A stretch of 64,000 nt of DNA, from the NCBI GenBank assembly GCA_964016885.1, contig CAXHJY010000799.1, forward strand, positions 1 through 64,000. Direction: 5' to 3'. The stretch is from Eledone cirrhosa (taxonomy: Eukaryota). Both the position numbers and the translations under genes were made by a program. Positions within the stretch are counted from its first letter, which is position 1. Every line of letters starts with the position of its first letter. Below, in pieces: positions 27,715 through 43,680 of the stretch. A model generated the notes under the pieces. It was not told the DNA's origin and made no database searches. It saw only the letters and a program-made list of their open reading frames with translations.

Positions 27715-27948
27715 CAAAGAAGAAGAAAAAGAAGAAGAAAAAGAAAATGAAAAAGAAGAAAAAGAAAAAGAAGAAAAAGAAGAAAAAGAAAAAGAAGAAA
27801 AAGAAGAAAATGAAAAAGAAGAAAAAGAAAAAGGAAAAGAAAAAGAAAAGGAAGAAAAAGAAAAAGAAAAGGAAGAAAAAGAAAAAGAAGAAAAAAGAAA
27901 AAGAAGAAAAGGAAGAAAAAGAAAAAGAAGAAGAAAAAGAAGAAAAGA
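27715..27948. repeat. GAA/A-rich purine repeat
   Basis: gaagaaaaa variants. Confidence 0.95.
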
Positions 27949-28565
27949 TAATGGTGATGATGATGATGAAGAAAAACTAAAATGATATTGAAAATAACAA
28001 ATGGTAATAATATCTTTGTTGTTTTTAATAACCTTTAATAATTGTTTCTACTTTTGGCACAAGGCCAGCAATAACCCAGTGCATTACTGGTACTTTATTT
28101 TATCGACCTTAATAATAATAGTCATAATAATGATAATAGTCGTATTAATAAAACAAAATTGCTGTCAGTGCATTGAAATATTTGTGAAAATGGCGACCAG
28201 CGATAATTTGGATGTTGTAATTACTTGAGGCGTTTATCTGATGTCTGTAATTGCTTGGACCAATGGGTTTTATGCAAGATGACAATCTATTGTGTCGAAA
28301 CTAATCTGATAGCTTACAGATGGAGACCGAAGCCGCCTGGTGCTCAAGGGGGGGGGGGGGGATAGTAGTGGTAATGGTGGTGGGTAGTGGGTGGCAGTAG
28401 TAGTAGTAGTAGAAAGAGAAGGGGAGGATTTGGACATCTTGCAAGAGATAAAAGTAATTTACAAAATTGCGATAAAATCATGCGCATGTATGTGTGTGTG
28501 TGTGTGTATATATATGTGTATATTTATATATATATATGTATATTTATGTATATGTGCATATATAT

Positions 28566-28656
<91 letters not shown>

Positions 28657-29039
28657 TATACACACACATGTACGTATACACATATGCATATATGAACGTA
28701 AATAGGTATTTTTATATACACACACGTCTGTGTGTATATGGCTATATCAACTTGTGCCTACGCATGTACTGAAAAACATTGATGGAACACAAATAACAAT
28801 TGTTCAGTTTGGGGGTTAAGTTATTTCCCACTTTTTTCGATAAAAAAAAAACATGACGATATATTTTGATACTTTAAAAAATTTAGAATTGATTTCATGG
28901 AGTCAAACGGTGAATCAACATCAATTTTAGGTTGAATACATTACGTAGGATTTTATACTGTGTAACGTTGGTATGTTTAGTTTGAAACATAGTAACACCA
29001 AAGTTTAAGTCAGACTTTGGAAATCATTGATACTATATA

Positions 29040-29220
29040 TATAAATAACAGATTAAAGTTTAAGCAAAGAATCGCTTAACGGGATCTGAAAGCACCGACA
29101 CTTTGCTTAAACTTTAATCTGTTATTTTAATAAATATTTGCTCTACGGTTCTTATATATTTGATATATATTTATCCTTATCGAGCCCTCTTTGGATTTTA
29201 GTCTTCAAATTTATTATTAT

Positions 29221-29224
<4 letters not shown>
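29040..29224 (+). mobile_element. Family C fold-back element
   Basis: aaataacagattaaagtttaagcaaag / ctttgcttaaactttaatctgttattt arms. Confidence 0.75.
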
Positions 29225-29283
<59 letters not shown>

Positions 29284-29479
29284 CACACACATATGTATAA
29301 TATATGTATAAAATATATATATATATATACATCCACACACATATGTATAATATATATATAAAATATATATATATATATATATACACACACATGTACGTAT
29401 ACACATATGCATATATGAACGTAAATACATATTTTATATATATATAACTCCTTCGTTATATATATATATATATATATAT

Positions 29480-29673
29480 AACGAAGAAGTTGTGGTAAGA
29501 AACCAGAGGGACCATAACGCATCAGAGTACTCAATACTTAGGGTAGTAGAGTGGGTAATAGGAAAATGTAAGACCCCGACGGCAGAGCTCAAGCCGATTC
29601 GACGGCTATTTCTGAACTCAAAAATAGCCGTCGAAGCGGCTTGAGCTCTGCCGTCGGGGTCATACATTTTCCT
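29480..29673 (-). mobile_element. Family A fold-back element
   Basis: Palindrome centred near 29616 plus tail. Confidence 0.85.
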
Positions 29674-29799
29674 ATATATATATATAGATGATTCGTTGCT
29701 CGCCCTCACCTTCAGGCCACGCAGTGATATTGAAGCCATAACAATGTGGTTGTGAAACGATCTCGTTAACCACACAGCTATGCCTTTATATGACTTTAT

Positions 29800-29953
29800 A
29801 TTTCGACGGCTATTTCTGGACAGAAAAAGCCGTCGAAACGGCTTGAGCTCTGCCGTCGGGGTCATACAATTTCATATTACCCACTCTACTACCCTAAGTA
29901 TTGAGTACTCTGGTGCGTTATGGTCCATCTGGTTCCTTACCACAACTCCTTCG

Positions 29954-29957
<4 letters not shown>
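29800..29957 (+). mobile_element. Family A element
   Basis: gtcGAAACGGC-ttgagctct-GCCGTC-ggggtc plus tail. Confidence 0.85.
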
Positions 29958-29989
<32 letters not shown>

Positions 29990-29990
<1 letters not shown>

Positions 29991-30871
29991 CGTGGAAAAG
30001 TAAGAAATAGGAGAACAGACCGTAAATACATGTTTATTTGAAACACCACCTACGTACGTTTCGCCCGGATGGGCTTCTGAAGGGCATAAATAACTAAAAG
30101 TGTTCCTTACATGGCCCGGAAAGTGTTTTTGGAGGTAAGTTCACGTCAGAGTTCATTCTTCACAAAAAAGCGCGTTTTGATTTTGCAGTAGGACAAGGGA
30201 GGTAACTCTGGCCGGTGTTAGGGCAGTCTTTCCCGGATAATTTTTTTATCCGTTACAAGATGTGGTTACACCCTTACCATTGTCGATACGCACATAGTCA
30301 GGTAAGCAACGTTTGTTTTGAGACGTTTGTTTTTCTGCACCTGCCCGCCTGGGTCATTTGAAGCTGGGTCAGGGATGCATGGTTAGTTTCCGGATGTTTT
30401 TTGCAGCGCCTGTCCGCCGGGGTGTTAAAGCTTGTTGCAGGGAGACCCGGTATACGGTTTCACTCCTCATCCTTCTCTCATCTGAAGAAGGATATTTTTA
30501 AGCGATGTGTACAGCTTATCGTCGTTTCAGCTCTGCTGTTGATGAGCTCGTGGGGTGCCGTTATAATGTGGTAGAGCTCCATGAGGCAAAGATCGCACTT
30601 CTTGAAGTTGTACGGTGCAGCCCTGCCGACAATATCCCAGTGCGCGGAGAAGCTGATGTTTAAGTCTTTTAATGATGTGATGTAGTCCGCGAGCGAAGTG
30701 GAGTGTCTTAATTTCTTATTTGTGAAAGAGTGAAAATGTGTTCGAAATCTAATTTTGAACGGGCCAGAGGTAGCCCCTATATAATGTTTAACGCTATTGT
30801 GGCTAGTTACAGTGCACCTATATATAACCCTATCAGTCAAGCAGTATCCCCTAAGGGGGCAGCGCTCTGCT
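29990..30871 (-). mobile_element. 5'-truncated PLE with GIY-YIG and decayed HHR (30049-30086)
   Basis: Endonuclease ORF, then CTTCAGA-a-gccc/gggc-GAAAC-gtac-GTA (core mutated). Confidence 0.9.
30478..30870 (-). pseudogene. PLE GIY-YIG endonuclease fragment
   Basis: CPLRGYCL..VIY..YIGAT..FKIRF..H..ST.L..CDLCLME..INSRAE..SCTH. Confidence 0.93.
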
Positions 30872-31014
30872 AATTCTCTCGCCCACTAAATATTAACACT
30901 TCTAATATTTAATACTGCCGGCACTAGTATTGAGCACCTTCTGCATACGCTATTTGGCAAATAACTACATCTATCACCTATCCCTCCTTCTTTCTCTCTC
31001 TCGATACGTAAATA

Positions 31015-31149
<135 letters not shown>

Positions 31150-31650
31150 ATCATTCTTGAATGTTGTGTGTAAACAGATTTCTTATCAAAAAAGACAAAA
31201 TGACACAACATGTGCTCCCACTAAAAGCAACGATTGCTTCAGATGTCAAATCCGGCAAACGAACTTAATTATATAAATAAACAAATAAATAAATAAATAA
31301 ATAGATCGATACAAAGATACATAGATCGATATATAGATAAAACATGGCAAGGAACAGAGAAGAAAATTGGTGCAAAATGTTAGATAATTCTTTTAAATAT
31401 ACTTGGGAAGCAGAAGCTAAGACGTATGTTCATGCACAGGCACAAACATACAGTCGCATAAAAAGATCTTGAAGATCTACAGTAAGAAAAACTTGAAGGC
31501 AGATGCCATGAAGTAAACAATTCGCAAATTTTCTGGGCGCCTTATTGTTAGTATTTTGTTTGTTTTGCATTTTTTTAATCTGTGTTTTGTGACGAAGTCG
31601 AAGGTTTTCTGGATTAAATATCCGACAGATGGATGAAAGATTCCACTTAC

Positions 31651-31680
31651 GATAACCGCCATCTTTGGCACGTCGTAAAC
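31651..31680 (-). promoter_or_regulatory. Possible first exon end: AAGATGGCGG (ATG / YY1-type motif) followed by a GTAAGT donor
   Basis: Minus strand ccaaagATGGCGGTTATC|gtaagt in non-repetitive sequence. Confidence 0.25.
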
Positions 31681-31758
31681 ATGCCGTGGAAACCAGATTA
31701 TGTATATATATATATATATGTATATATATATGTGTATATATATATATATGTATACATA

Positions 31759-31939
<181 letters not shown>

Positions 31940-31942
31940 ATA

Positions 31943-32027
<85 letters not shown>

Positions 32028-32886
32028 ATGTCTATATATATATATATTTGTATGTATGTGTATATATAATCTTGTTATGCCAAACAGTTAACGGTGCTGT
32101 TGGACTTATTGGTGAAAGTAGTAAAGATTAGAGACTTATTGCTTAGTGATCAGCGTTGATTAGTCCACCATTTTGTTTTTATATTATTATTATTATTATT
32201 ATTTCGCGTTTGATATATTATCTATAACTTCATCTCTGCTATTGTTGTTGACTTATTTTCTGAGAAAGAAAGCGGGATTGAGCTGATAAAAAAAAATATT
32301 GATGATACTAACGAGACAACAACAAGATTTCTTAGGTTTGCTCAAGGCCACAACATGTCTCTATGATCACCATATGCTCATAATCACCCTTACAAACAAC
32401 CTAGTAGCTTTGCGTTATAATTTATTAAAGCACACAATACCACAAGCTGTATCTTATTATTTATTCAAAGTTGAAATCTATTTTAGAGTTTCTTCGTTTC
32501 CGGTCATCGTGTGACTAACGCAATCGAAGCATATTGGAACACATTCACTTCATCGATGAAATTCTAGTCATGTGACGAAGAAAAACAAACAATAGAAAAG
32601 AAAAGAAATGAAAATGTAAAAAGACATTGACGTTGGCCTGTTGGCTGATGGGTTAGAAGAAGAAGAAGAAGAAGAAGAAGAAGAAGAAGAAGAAGAAGAA
32701 GAAGAAGAAGAAGAAGAAGAAGAAGAAGAAGAAGAAGAAGAAGAAGAAGAAGAAGGTAAAAGGAAGAAAGATAAAAATAATGGTTTTAGCCAAATGCGAT
32801 TTGTGTGGTGAACTTTTATCGGTGGAGTCTTAGATGTATTTGGCCTTACAAGTGTCGTTACTGTGTAGTGACGTGTGAAGATCGGA

Positions 32887-32922
<36 letters not shown>

Positions 32923-33141
32923 CATGTAGCAACGTATGTGTGTGTATATATATATATATACACATATATATATATATGCACACATATATACAAGCACATA
33001 TATATGCACATATAAATATATATATATACACATTTATATGCATATATATATACATATATATGCATATATATATATACATATATATGCATATATATATATA
33101 CATATATATGCACACATATATGTACATATACATATATAAGC

Positions 33142-33172
<31 letters not shown>

Positions 33173-33468
33173 TATTCACATGTATACAAACATATATATG
33201 CACACATATATACATATATATGCACATATATATAAGCACATATATATAAAGATGTATATACATACATATTTATGCCCATATGTATATATATATTTATATA
33301 TATATATATGCACATATATATGCACACATGTATACATACATATATATATACACATATATGCATATATATATATATATATATATGCACATATATATACATA
33401 CATATTTATGCCCATATGTATATATATATAAATATATTTATTTATATATATATATAAATAAATATATT

Positions 33469-33499
<31 letters not shown>

Positions 33500-33914
33500 G
33501 TGTGTGTGTGTGTGTGTGTGTGTATGCAAGCATTTGGGAATTTGTGAGCATAAGTGTGTATGTGTATGTATGTATGGGGTTTGTTTTCTTCGCTGTTGTT
33601 CAAAATAGCAACATAACGCCTTGTTTTGATGTTCAAAGACTACAAAAGACTTAAATCCACCGCCAATTTTTTACAATCTTTCCTTTTCTTCATCTACTTC
33701 TTCCTTTACTTTCTTCTTGTCAACCCCCCCCCCCCCCTCCCCTCACACACACACCTCCGATTCCCCGTCTTCCTCACCCTCTTCGGGCCTTCGCTCTATT
33801 CTCCTTTTTAAATTTTCATATCCTTCTACGCCCTGTGCGGCATCTTATACTCGTCCTGTTATTTTCCTAAATTTTCCTATTTTTTCATGTTGCTGATGTT
33901 CTTATAAAAGTAAA

Positions 33915-34479
<565 letters not shown>

Positions 34480-34547
34480 ATCTATATATGCATGCTTGAT
34501 CCCGTAATTCCTGATAAAGTCGTAGTGGGCTGACTGTATTGACATAC

Positions 34548-34589
34548 GGAGTCGCTTCGGCATTTTAAGGCTGGAGGAGCTCATCTCCT
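34548..34589 (-). CDS. Possible 42-nt exon EMSSSSLKMPKRL
   Basis: Unique island between two repeats; TTCTCTGCAG acceptor, C|GTATGT donor. Confidence 0.3.
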
Positions 34590-34592
34590 CTG

Positions 34593-35925
34593 CAGAGAAT
34601 GTGGGAGAGAGAGAAGGAGAGAGAAGGAGAGAATGTGAGAGAGAGAGAAGGAGAGAATGTGAGAGAGAAGAGAGAATGGGAGAGAGAGGGGAGAGAATTT
34701 GAGAGAGAGAGAAGGAGAGAATGTGAGAGAGAGAGAAGGAGAGAATGTGAGAGAGAGGAGGAGAGAATGTGAGAGAGAGAAGGAGAGTATGTGAGAGAGA
34801 GAGGAGAGAATGTGAGAGAGAGAGGAGGGAATGTGAGAGAGAGAAGAAGATAATGTGAGAGAGAGAAGAGAATGTGAGAGAGAGGAGAGAATTTGAGAGA
34901 GAGAAGGAGAGAATGTGAGAGAGAGAAGAGAGAATGTGAGAGAGAGGAGGAGAGAATGTGAGAGAGAGAAGGAGAGAATGTGAGAGAGAGAAGGAGAGAA
35001 TGTGAGAGAGAGAGGAGAGAATGTGAGAGAGAGAAGGAGAGAATGTGAGAGAGAGAAGGAGATAATGTGAGAGAGAGAAGGAGAGAATGTGAGAGAGAGA
35101 GAAGGAGAGAATGTGAGAGAGAGAGGAGAGAATTTGAGAGAGAGAAGGAGAGAATGTGAGAGAGAGAAGAGAGAATGTGAGAGAGAGGAGGAGAGAATGT
35201 GAGAGAGAGGGGAGAGAATGGGAGAGAGAGGAGGAGAGAATGTGAGAGAGAGAGGAGAGAATTTGAGAGAGAGAAGGAGAGAATGTGAGAGAGAGAAGAG
35301 AGAATGTGAGAGAGAGGAGGAGAGAATGTGAGAGAGAGGGGAGAGAATGTGAGAGAGAGGAGGAGAGAATGTGAGAGAAAGAGGAGAGAATGTGAGAGAG
35401 AGAGGAGAGAATGGGAGAGAGAGAGGAGAGAATTTGAGAGAGAGAGAAGGAGAGAATGTGAGAGAGAGAAGAGAGAATGTGAGAGAGAGGAGGAGAGAAT
35501 GTGAGAGAGAGGGGAGAGAATGTGAGAGAGATAGGAGAGAATGTGAGAGAGAGAGGAGAGAATTTGAGAGAGATAAGGAGAGAATGTGAGAGAGAGAAGA
35601 GAGAATGTGAGAGAGAGGAGGAGAGAATGTGAGAGAGAGGGGAGAGAATGTGAGAGAGAGGGGAGAGAATGGGAGAGAGAGAGGAGAGAATTTGAGAGAG
35701 AGAGAAGAAGAGAATGTGAGAGAGAGAAGGAGAGAATGTGAGAGAGAGAAGAAGAGAATGTGAGAGAGAGAGAGAGAGAGGAGGGAATGTGAGAGAGAGA
35801 AGGAGAGAGAAAATGTGAGGGAGAGAAGGAGAGAATAAATGTGAGGGAGAGAAAAAGAGAGAATGTGAGTGAGAGAAGGAGAGAGAAAATGTGAGAGAGA
35901 GAGAGAATGTGAGGGAGAGATATAG
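34593..35925. repeat. GA-rich ~20-24 bp minisatellite
   Basis: gagaatgtgagagagagaagga variants. Confidence 0.97.
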
Positions 35926-35927
35926 AG

Positions 35928-36090
35928 AATCGACCCCAGCACTTCACCGGTACTATTCTATTTTTATCGACCTTGAATGGATGAAAGGTAAAGTTGACCT
36001 CGGCGGGATTTGAACTCAGAGAGTTGAGAGACGGAACGAATATTGCAAAGCATTCCTTCCGACGTCCTACTGATTTGCCAATTCGCCGCC
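35928..36090 (-). mobile_element. CORE-type SINE, diverged
   Basis: ttttatcgacc...ggcgggatttgaactc. Confidence 0.75.
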
Positions 36091-36621
36091 TTCCTTATAA
36101 AATTACAGCTTGTCCCAAATCCAAAGATAGGGGGGGGGAGAGGGCTCTTCAGTTTGGAGTCTATGCTTGTTTCGTTGACATTAAACGACTATAAACACGA
36201 GATTCCGATCCACTTTGGGCGAGACACCAGTCCGTAGAAGGGTTAATACGGAGCTAAAGTCTGTGCATGAACGGAACAAGCTTCAATATCAAAGATGTCA
36301 GTCGCCTGACGACCGAAAAAAAAATATATAACTCCAAATAATGAACCGCACAGACTCAGCTTCGAATAAAAAATGTTATCCCCACTCTACGTAAACATTA
36401 TTGATGACACCACAACCTTATATATATATATACACAGTTCAAGAGTAACCAATCTTAAAGAAAGAGATGGAGATAGGAGAGGAGATATGAGAGGAGAGAT
36501 TGGTGAATTAGTTAGAAGCCAAAGTGTAAAGGCATGTGCTCAATGTGCAATATGCAGTAGAAAGCAGCTCGGTGGCTGGGTTCATGCAGGAGTTAGGTTT
36601 ACAGAGCTGGAAATATTCATT

Positions 36622-37645
36622 ATTTAAGCAAAACAAGACCACAAATTTCACAAGGAAGACATTATTAAAAGATTGTCAACATATTTTAGTTTGATGTAAG
36701 GAATGTAGAGAATAATAATAATAATATATTAATAATAATAATGTCCGTTTACAATTGTTTCGCTACTCCATATAATATTTCTGGATCAGATGACTATATA
36801 TCATAATTGATCTGGTTCAGTTGAAAATAATTAACATATTTAAAAGACAGAGCGGCTCATCGGAACTTCAAAGGAATATAAATTAATAATGAGAGAATGT
36901 TACATAATATAATGTTCCATATATTGGTTTTTTTTACTATGGTGTCTTGGTTGCATCAGTTGTCAGCCATAATCAAGCAGTATTCATCTGTCGAGGCTGC
37001 ATTGTGTGAGATCTGCCTATGGGTAACAAGATGGCTGCCAAAGGATATATTTACCTTACTAATTAGAGGCTGGTTTCAGGGGAAGTAACTCCTTGAGAGA
37101 TTAGAAATTGTGGGTATTTATAGTTAAGTGCTAATTTTTAATTTTTTTAATTGAGAGACAATGTAGGGGAGGTAACTTATAATTATCTAAGTTGTTCATA
37201 GCAATTTAACTTATTAGCTACAAGTAAAAATGGAGCTATTCTATTGGCGAAGGAATTAGCCCTTCGATGTTGACAGCTAATAGTTACCTCCTTTCTATCG
37301 TTAATCGGTAGAGGTCGTGATAGAGTAATGTAATATGCTTCTGTAATACAGAGATCACAAGATTTTCTTCGTCCATTGAACGGTTGGGCTGTAGCCACGT
37401 GGCTAGGGCCCAACCATCTTTTTAATATGTTAATTATTTTCAACTGAACCAGATCAATTATGATATATAGTCATCTGATCCAGAAATATTATACGGGGTA
37501 GCGAAACAATTGTAAACGGACATTATTATTATTAATATTATTATTATTATTTTTCTCTACATTCCTTACATCAAACTAAATATGTTGACAATCTTTTAAT
37601 AATGTCTTCCTTGTGAAGTTTGTGGTCTTGTTTTGCTTAACTAAT
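36622..37645 (-). mobile_element. PLE remnant with 5' inverted duplication, GIY-YIG C-terminus and decayed HHR
   Basis: AQPFNGRRKSCDLCITEAYYI...INDRKEVTISCQH; 36624-36848 mirrors 37417-37640; CCGATGA...GAAAC-aatt-GTA at 36748-36867. Confidence 0.88.
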
Positions 37646-37666
37646 GAATATATATATATATATGTG

Positions 37667-37883
<217 letters not shown>

Positions 37884-37928
37884 TATATATATATATATAT
37901 ATTGTTATACTTTGGGAGGGTCATGTTG

Positions 37929-37997
<69 letters not shown>

Positions 37998-37999
<2 letters not shown>

Positions 38000-38190
38000 A
38001 TCGATCGACTTTCGTCAAATCGGACCGAGGAAACAATGTTTTCGTCAGTATTTTCAGTTGCTAGTACTATCTATCTGTCGCAACTCCAGATAGAAGGAGC
38101 AACGTGAAATAAAGTGTCTTGCTTAAGGACATAACGAATCGCCAGTCCAGGAATCGAGCTCACAACCTCAAGATTGTGAATCCAATTCTT
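37998..38190 (-). mobile_element. Second SINE family copy
   Basis: Reverse complement of 23590-23768. Confidence 0.8.
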
Positions 38191-38745
38191 TATCTAAATA
38201 TGATAAATAACCCATAACTCCTTGTGGAGTTGTCGAGTTACTGTCTAGGGCACATTTAAACATAGTGGAACCATCCCTCTTCAGGTCTGATCACAGCCAT
38301 TACAGGAAAAATCGACCCCGGTACTGGACTGGTACTTTTTTTATCGACCTCAAAATGATGAAAGGTACAATTGACCACGGGGGGATGATTATCGTAAAGC
38401 ATTCTATCCGACGTCTTAACGTGGTTCTATCCGTAGTAAGTAGAGGACTCAGTCGATATAAAGTTAGTTCCACAACATATTAGCAAACCATTCTCGTGGA
38501 CGTGCGTTTCTCAACTCTTTTGGGTGAATAATGCAAGAGATGTCAAAATGAATGGACCGGTTATTTTTATCTAAAGACATTTTTTCCAATTCCATCCGCC
38601 CGTCCCATCAATCGATCTTAATTCTCATTCTTTCTTCTGATGAAGGACTAGCGTCCAAAAGGTTATGACCCTCTTCCTGCTATTTCAAGCATTAACCTAA
38701 TATATCCCTTCCATATACTGTACCGATTGTGTTATTTCTGTTTAC

Positions 38746-38817
<72 letters not shown>

Positions 38818-38886
38818 ATATTATATATATATATATGTATATATTATATATATATTATATATATATACACGTATATATACACATAT

Positions 38887-38952
<66 letters not shown>

Positions 38953-39004
38953 GACAGAAAGAGAGAGAGAAAGAGAGAAAGAGAAAGAGGAAGAGAAAGA
39001 GAGA

Positions 39005-39193
39005 GAGAAGGCTCCTATAGGCCTAGAACTGTTTCATTCGAAAGAAATCACGAAGAAAGCCTGATGATTTCTTTCGAATGAAACTGTTCTAGTCCCATAA
39101 AAGCCATTACTGTATTAAACATGATCTTTACACTTTACTAATATATTGAGTACCTTACTTACTACGGTTACTCCGGATTGGACCCGGGACTCA
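39005..39193 (+). mobile_element. Family B fold-back element, decayed HHR
   Basis: CTGATGA-tttctttcgaat-GAAAC with stem III broken; family tail present. Confidence 0.75.
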
Positions 39194-39202
39194 TATATAT
39201 AT

Positions 39203-39610
<408 letters not shown>

Positions 39611-39620
39611 TATATATATA

Positions 39621-39673
<53 letters not shown>

Positions 39674-39676
<3 letters not shown>

Positions 39677-39869
39677 CGAAGGAAGTGTGTTAAGGAACCA
39701 GGTGGACCATAACGCACCAGAGTACTCAATACTCAGGGTAGTAGAGTGGGTAATAGGAAAATAGTCAGAATCCCGACGGCTGAGCTCCGACCGTTTCGAC
39801 AGCTAGGTCTGCGTTCAGACCTAGCTGTCGAAACGGTCAGAGCTCAGCCGTCGGGGTCCTGACACTTTT

Positions 39870-39873
<4 letters not shown>
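39674..39873 (-). mobile_element. Family A fold-back element
   Basis: Palindrome centred near 39813 plus tail. Confidence 0.85.
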
Positions 39874-39904
<31 letters not shown>

Positions 39905-39914
<10 letters not shown>

Positions 39915-40061
39915 TATTTTATAGAAGGAGCTTCTACAGGACTAGTACTGTTTCATTTAGATGAAATCTTCAGGAAGCTCTATAAAATAAAAAAATTTTA
40001 CTCTGCCATGTATTGAGTACCTTACTTACTGTGGTTATCCCCGACTCAACCCGGGACCTAC

Positions 40062-40063
<2 letters not shown>
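39905..40063 (+). mobile_element. Family B element; only the inverted-arm HHR is retained
   Basis: Family tail on +, HHR on -. Confidence 0.8.
39928..39980 (-). ncRNA. Type I hammerhead ribozyme
   Basis: gagcttc-CTGAAGA-tttcatctaaat-GAAACAG-tactagtc-CTGTA-gaagctc. Confidence 0.8.
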
Positions 40064-40097
<34 letters not shown>

Positions 40098-40303
40098 TGT
40101 GTGTACAAACAAACACACAACCTTCATCCGCCCACATACAAACACACGTAGTACATGTATGTATGTATGAACATTATATATATTATATACACATATATAT
40201 TATATACATATATATATTATATACTTTACATAAAATCCTGTTACTTAAGAAAATATATTGTTGACATTTCAGTGACATTTCAATGGTTTTTCCTATTAAC
40301 GAT

Positions 40304-40382
<79 letters not shown>

Positions 40383-41019
40383 ACTACAGATGAAATGATA
40401 CCTCGATGCTGTAACTCCGACACTCTTTATAACCCATCCGTTATCATATTTCTAATGCATGACACCGTCTCTGATTTTCAGATATTTCTCAAAATAATCA
40501 ATAATTTGGAGTGATTTACTAATATAACCACCCTTCTCGTTATTAATCTGGTGTTTGGAGCATAGGTTAACACAGCTTATCTGTTTATGTATATGTATTC
40601 GATTTTTGTTGGGGTTTTATTTATTTTTTTTAGATATGATTATGATGGGAGATGTTTTTGGAGGGGTTTCTTTTTCTGTTTATTTTAGATATCAACATTA
40701 TAATTTTAACGAGTTTTATAAGATGGAAACAAGGGGGCGGTTTAGTAACAAAGTGGGAAGGACATAAACTATGATCGTTTACATGGATTTCGACAGTGGC
40801 ATAGCGAAAGTGTGTACCGCTGGGGTCAATCCTTCAGCTTCAAGCTCCCACCACACCAGCCCCCTACACACAAAATATTGTATGCCATAGATTTAATTGA
40901 AGTTACTTGAAATTGGAAAAAGGTCCTTCAACTGTGAATATTAAAATCACGTTTATCTCAATTCAGTCTGTATAGTACCTATCCCCATGTCTGGCAACAT
41001 TACACAGATATATATATAT

Positions 41020-41188
41020 ATATAGAGAGAGTGATAGAGAGAGAGAGTGAGTGATAGAGAGAGAGAGGGGGGGGGGTGGGGGCGAGAGAGGAGAGAGAGG
41101 GGCGTGAGAGGAGAGAGAGAGGAGAGAATGAGGAGAGAGAGAGGAGAGAGAATGGAGAGAGAAGAGGGAGTGGTGAGAGAGGAGAAGC

Positions 41189-41223
<35 letters not shown>

Positions 41224-41319
41224 CGAGAGAGACGGGGAGAGAGAAGAGAGAGAGGCGAGAGAGGAGAGAGAGAGGAGAGAGAATGGAGATAGAAGAGGGA
41301 GTGGTGAGAGAGGAGAAGC

Positions 41320-41354
<35 letters not shown>

Positions 41355-41665
41355 TGTGTGTGTGTGATGGAGAGAGAGAGGAGAGAGAGAGGAGAGAGAG
41401 AAGAGCGAGAGAGAGAGGAGAGAGGAGAGAGAGAGAGGAGAGAGAGAGGAGTGAGAGAGTGATGGAGAGAGAGGAGAGAGAGAGGAGAGAGAGAAGAGAG
41501 AGAGAGGAGAGAGAGAGGAGAGAGAGAAGAGAGAGAGTGATATGTATAGAGAGAGAGAGGAGAGAGAGTGATATATATAGAGAGAGAGAGGAGAGAGAGT
41601 GATATATATATAGAGAGAGAGGAGAGAGAGAGTGATATATATAGAGAGAGAGAGGAGAGAGAGTG
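41020..41665. repeat. GA-rich compound microsatellite
   Basis: Direct inspection. Confidence 0.95.
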
Positions 41666-42146
41666 ATGTATGTGTACGGTGTGTTTAACTGAGCGAATTA
41701 ACAGGTCGTTGCCTTTCATCCCTGATCAATAAACGGGGCCCCATTGAAGTAGGCTGTATTGGACAACACCCTCCATAGAATACCTCTACATGTTAGAAGG
41801 TTAGAAAATACCACCACCACCACCACCTCTACTACTACTACCCCCTCTCGCTAGCAACACCGCCACCACCCTCGCTGCCATCATCTTAATCGCCACTATC
41901 AGCACCACTACCATACCCCGCTATGATCACCGCCATGATCTCCCGCCACCACCACCATCATCATAATCCCCACCATTGCCAACACCATCACCCCCACCCC
42001 CCCACTCACTATCATCATCATCATCATTATTCCCGCCACCACCGTTACCACCACCCTAATCACCGCCACTGCCACCATTTAAATCCCCCACCATCACCAA
42101 TACCACTACCATCCTTAAAACATCACCATTCACGTCATGTTTATCC

Positions 42147-42195
<49 letters not shown>

Positions 42196-42291
42196 CTCCT
42201 GTTTCTCATTAACCTTTAAAGCATCAACACTAGTCGATAACCAGCAATAAGCCTTACAACTCAACAAACCCTAATCAACCCTAATAAATAG

Positions 42292-42292
<1 letters not shown>

Positions 42293-42322
<30 letters not shown>

Positions 42323-42790
42323 GGCCCCTTAAACCCTTTTAGGGGCCGTTGGGATACTGCAGTGTTGAACGTTGCACCAACTGCCACCATCTCTGATGGT
42401 CATTCATGTGTGAGTGCTTGGGTTGTGGCAAAGTTCTTGCTCTACCAACGCATCTCCTTTAACATTCTCCTGAGAAATGCCGTTTCCATTGTTTCTGCCG
42501 GGGCCGTGGGACGGCCAGCACGTGGAAACCCCATTTGCTCATAATACAGAGAGATTGGAAGGGCGAGAGAGATGGAGGCGATGACAGTGGGAGTTTGGCT
42601 CTTCTGCATTCGGACCTGGTGTGCAGTGTCAGTTGTCCATCTTGATGTGTTCTCTCACGCCCTATCTAAAGAGTGTGGAGAGACGCTTAAAGCATCTTTA
42701 CAGCTGTTGTTTAGAACAGTGCTACTCAAAGTGGTGGTCAGCTACCGGTACGCGGCCAGTGTCCAGGCCATGCTAAGGAATCATTTGAGG
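42293..42790 (-). mobile_element. Possible degraded RTE-like LINE 3' end with (ATG)n tail
   Basis: GC-richer block ending in (TGA)n; no clean motif. Confidence 0.3.
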
Positions 42791-43605
42791 AATTGGTTAT
42801 TAAGATAAAGTACAGGAATAATATGGATATTCATTCTCCATTGCACGTGAGACTGTCCTCAATTGAACCACGACTGGATAAACTGACAAAGAAGAAGCAA
42901 GCTCACCTTTCACACTAGTAAAGATTAAGGTTATATCATTTTTTTATTTTTGTATTAATAAACTGCTTGTTATTTTTTTAATTACTTTTTTATATGTTTT
43001 GATATTGTATTATTTGTTTAGAAAATAAATAGAAGATAAAAAAATGGTCAACTATTATTATATTCATTATATATATCGTTTCCGGTATAAATTAATATTA
43101 CTACGAAATATTAGCGGTACGTGGCACATTGAAAAAAAAATGCCGGTCGGCCACATCAGATAGTTTGAGAAGCACTGATCTAGAACATAAGTTAACAAGG
43201 TTCTTATATTATGAACTATTGTTATTGCTATTCATTCAGCTCTGCTGTCTGTCCACCACTTCCTCTCTCTCTCCGCCTTCTCTTTGCTCTACACTGTTCC
43301 TTGGATAATATGATTGACTGACTTTTCATTTTATCAGTCAACCTCAAAGCTCTGACGAGCAGACTGAACCTGATACACTACCCAGTGACTGCTACATGTC
43401 TACCTATCATTGGCATCACATGCACTACACATAGTGTCTGTTACATGAACTGTTTATATATAAGGGAGATAATACTTGCCTTCAGCAGCCATATATAGGC
43501 AATACAGCTTTATGGCAAACAAAGATGAAAAAAAATTGTCTTAGAGAGTCCGTCCGATCTTGTTACATGCCCCATCCCACCTCAGACAACTACCCCCCCC
43601 CCCCC

Positions 43606-43680
43606 CTTCACCGTGATCAGCAGATCTTCAAAGGGGCTCACGTGCTGGGTAATTATTTTGCGGACCTCCTCGTTCATGAT
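43606..43680 (-). pseudogene. RTE-clade LINE fragment
   Basis: IMNEEVRKIITQHVSPFEDLLITVK resembles the post-RT 'TNEEV...EDLL..VK' segment of RTE elements. Confidence 0.6.
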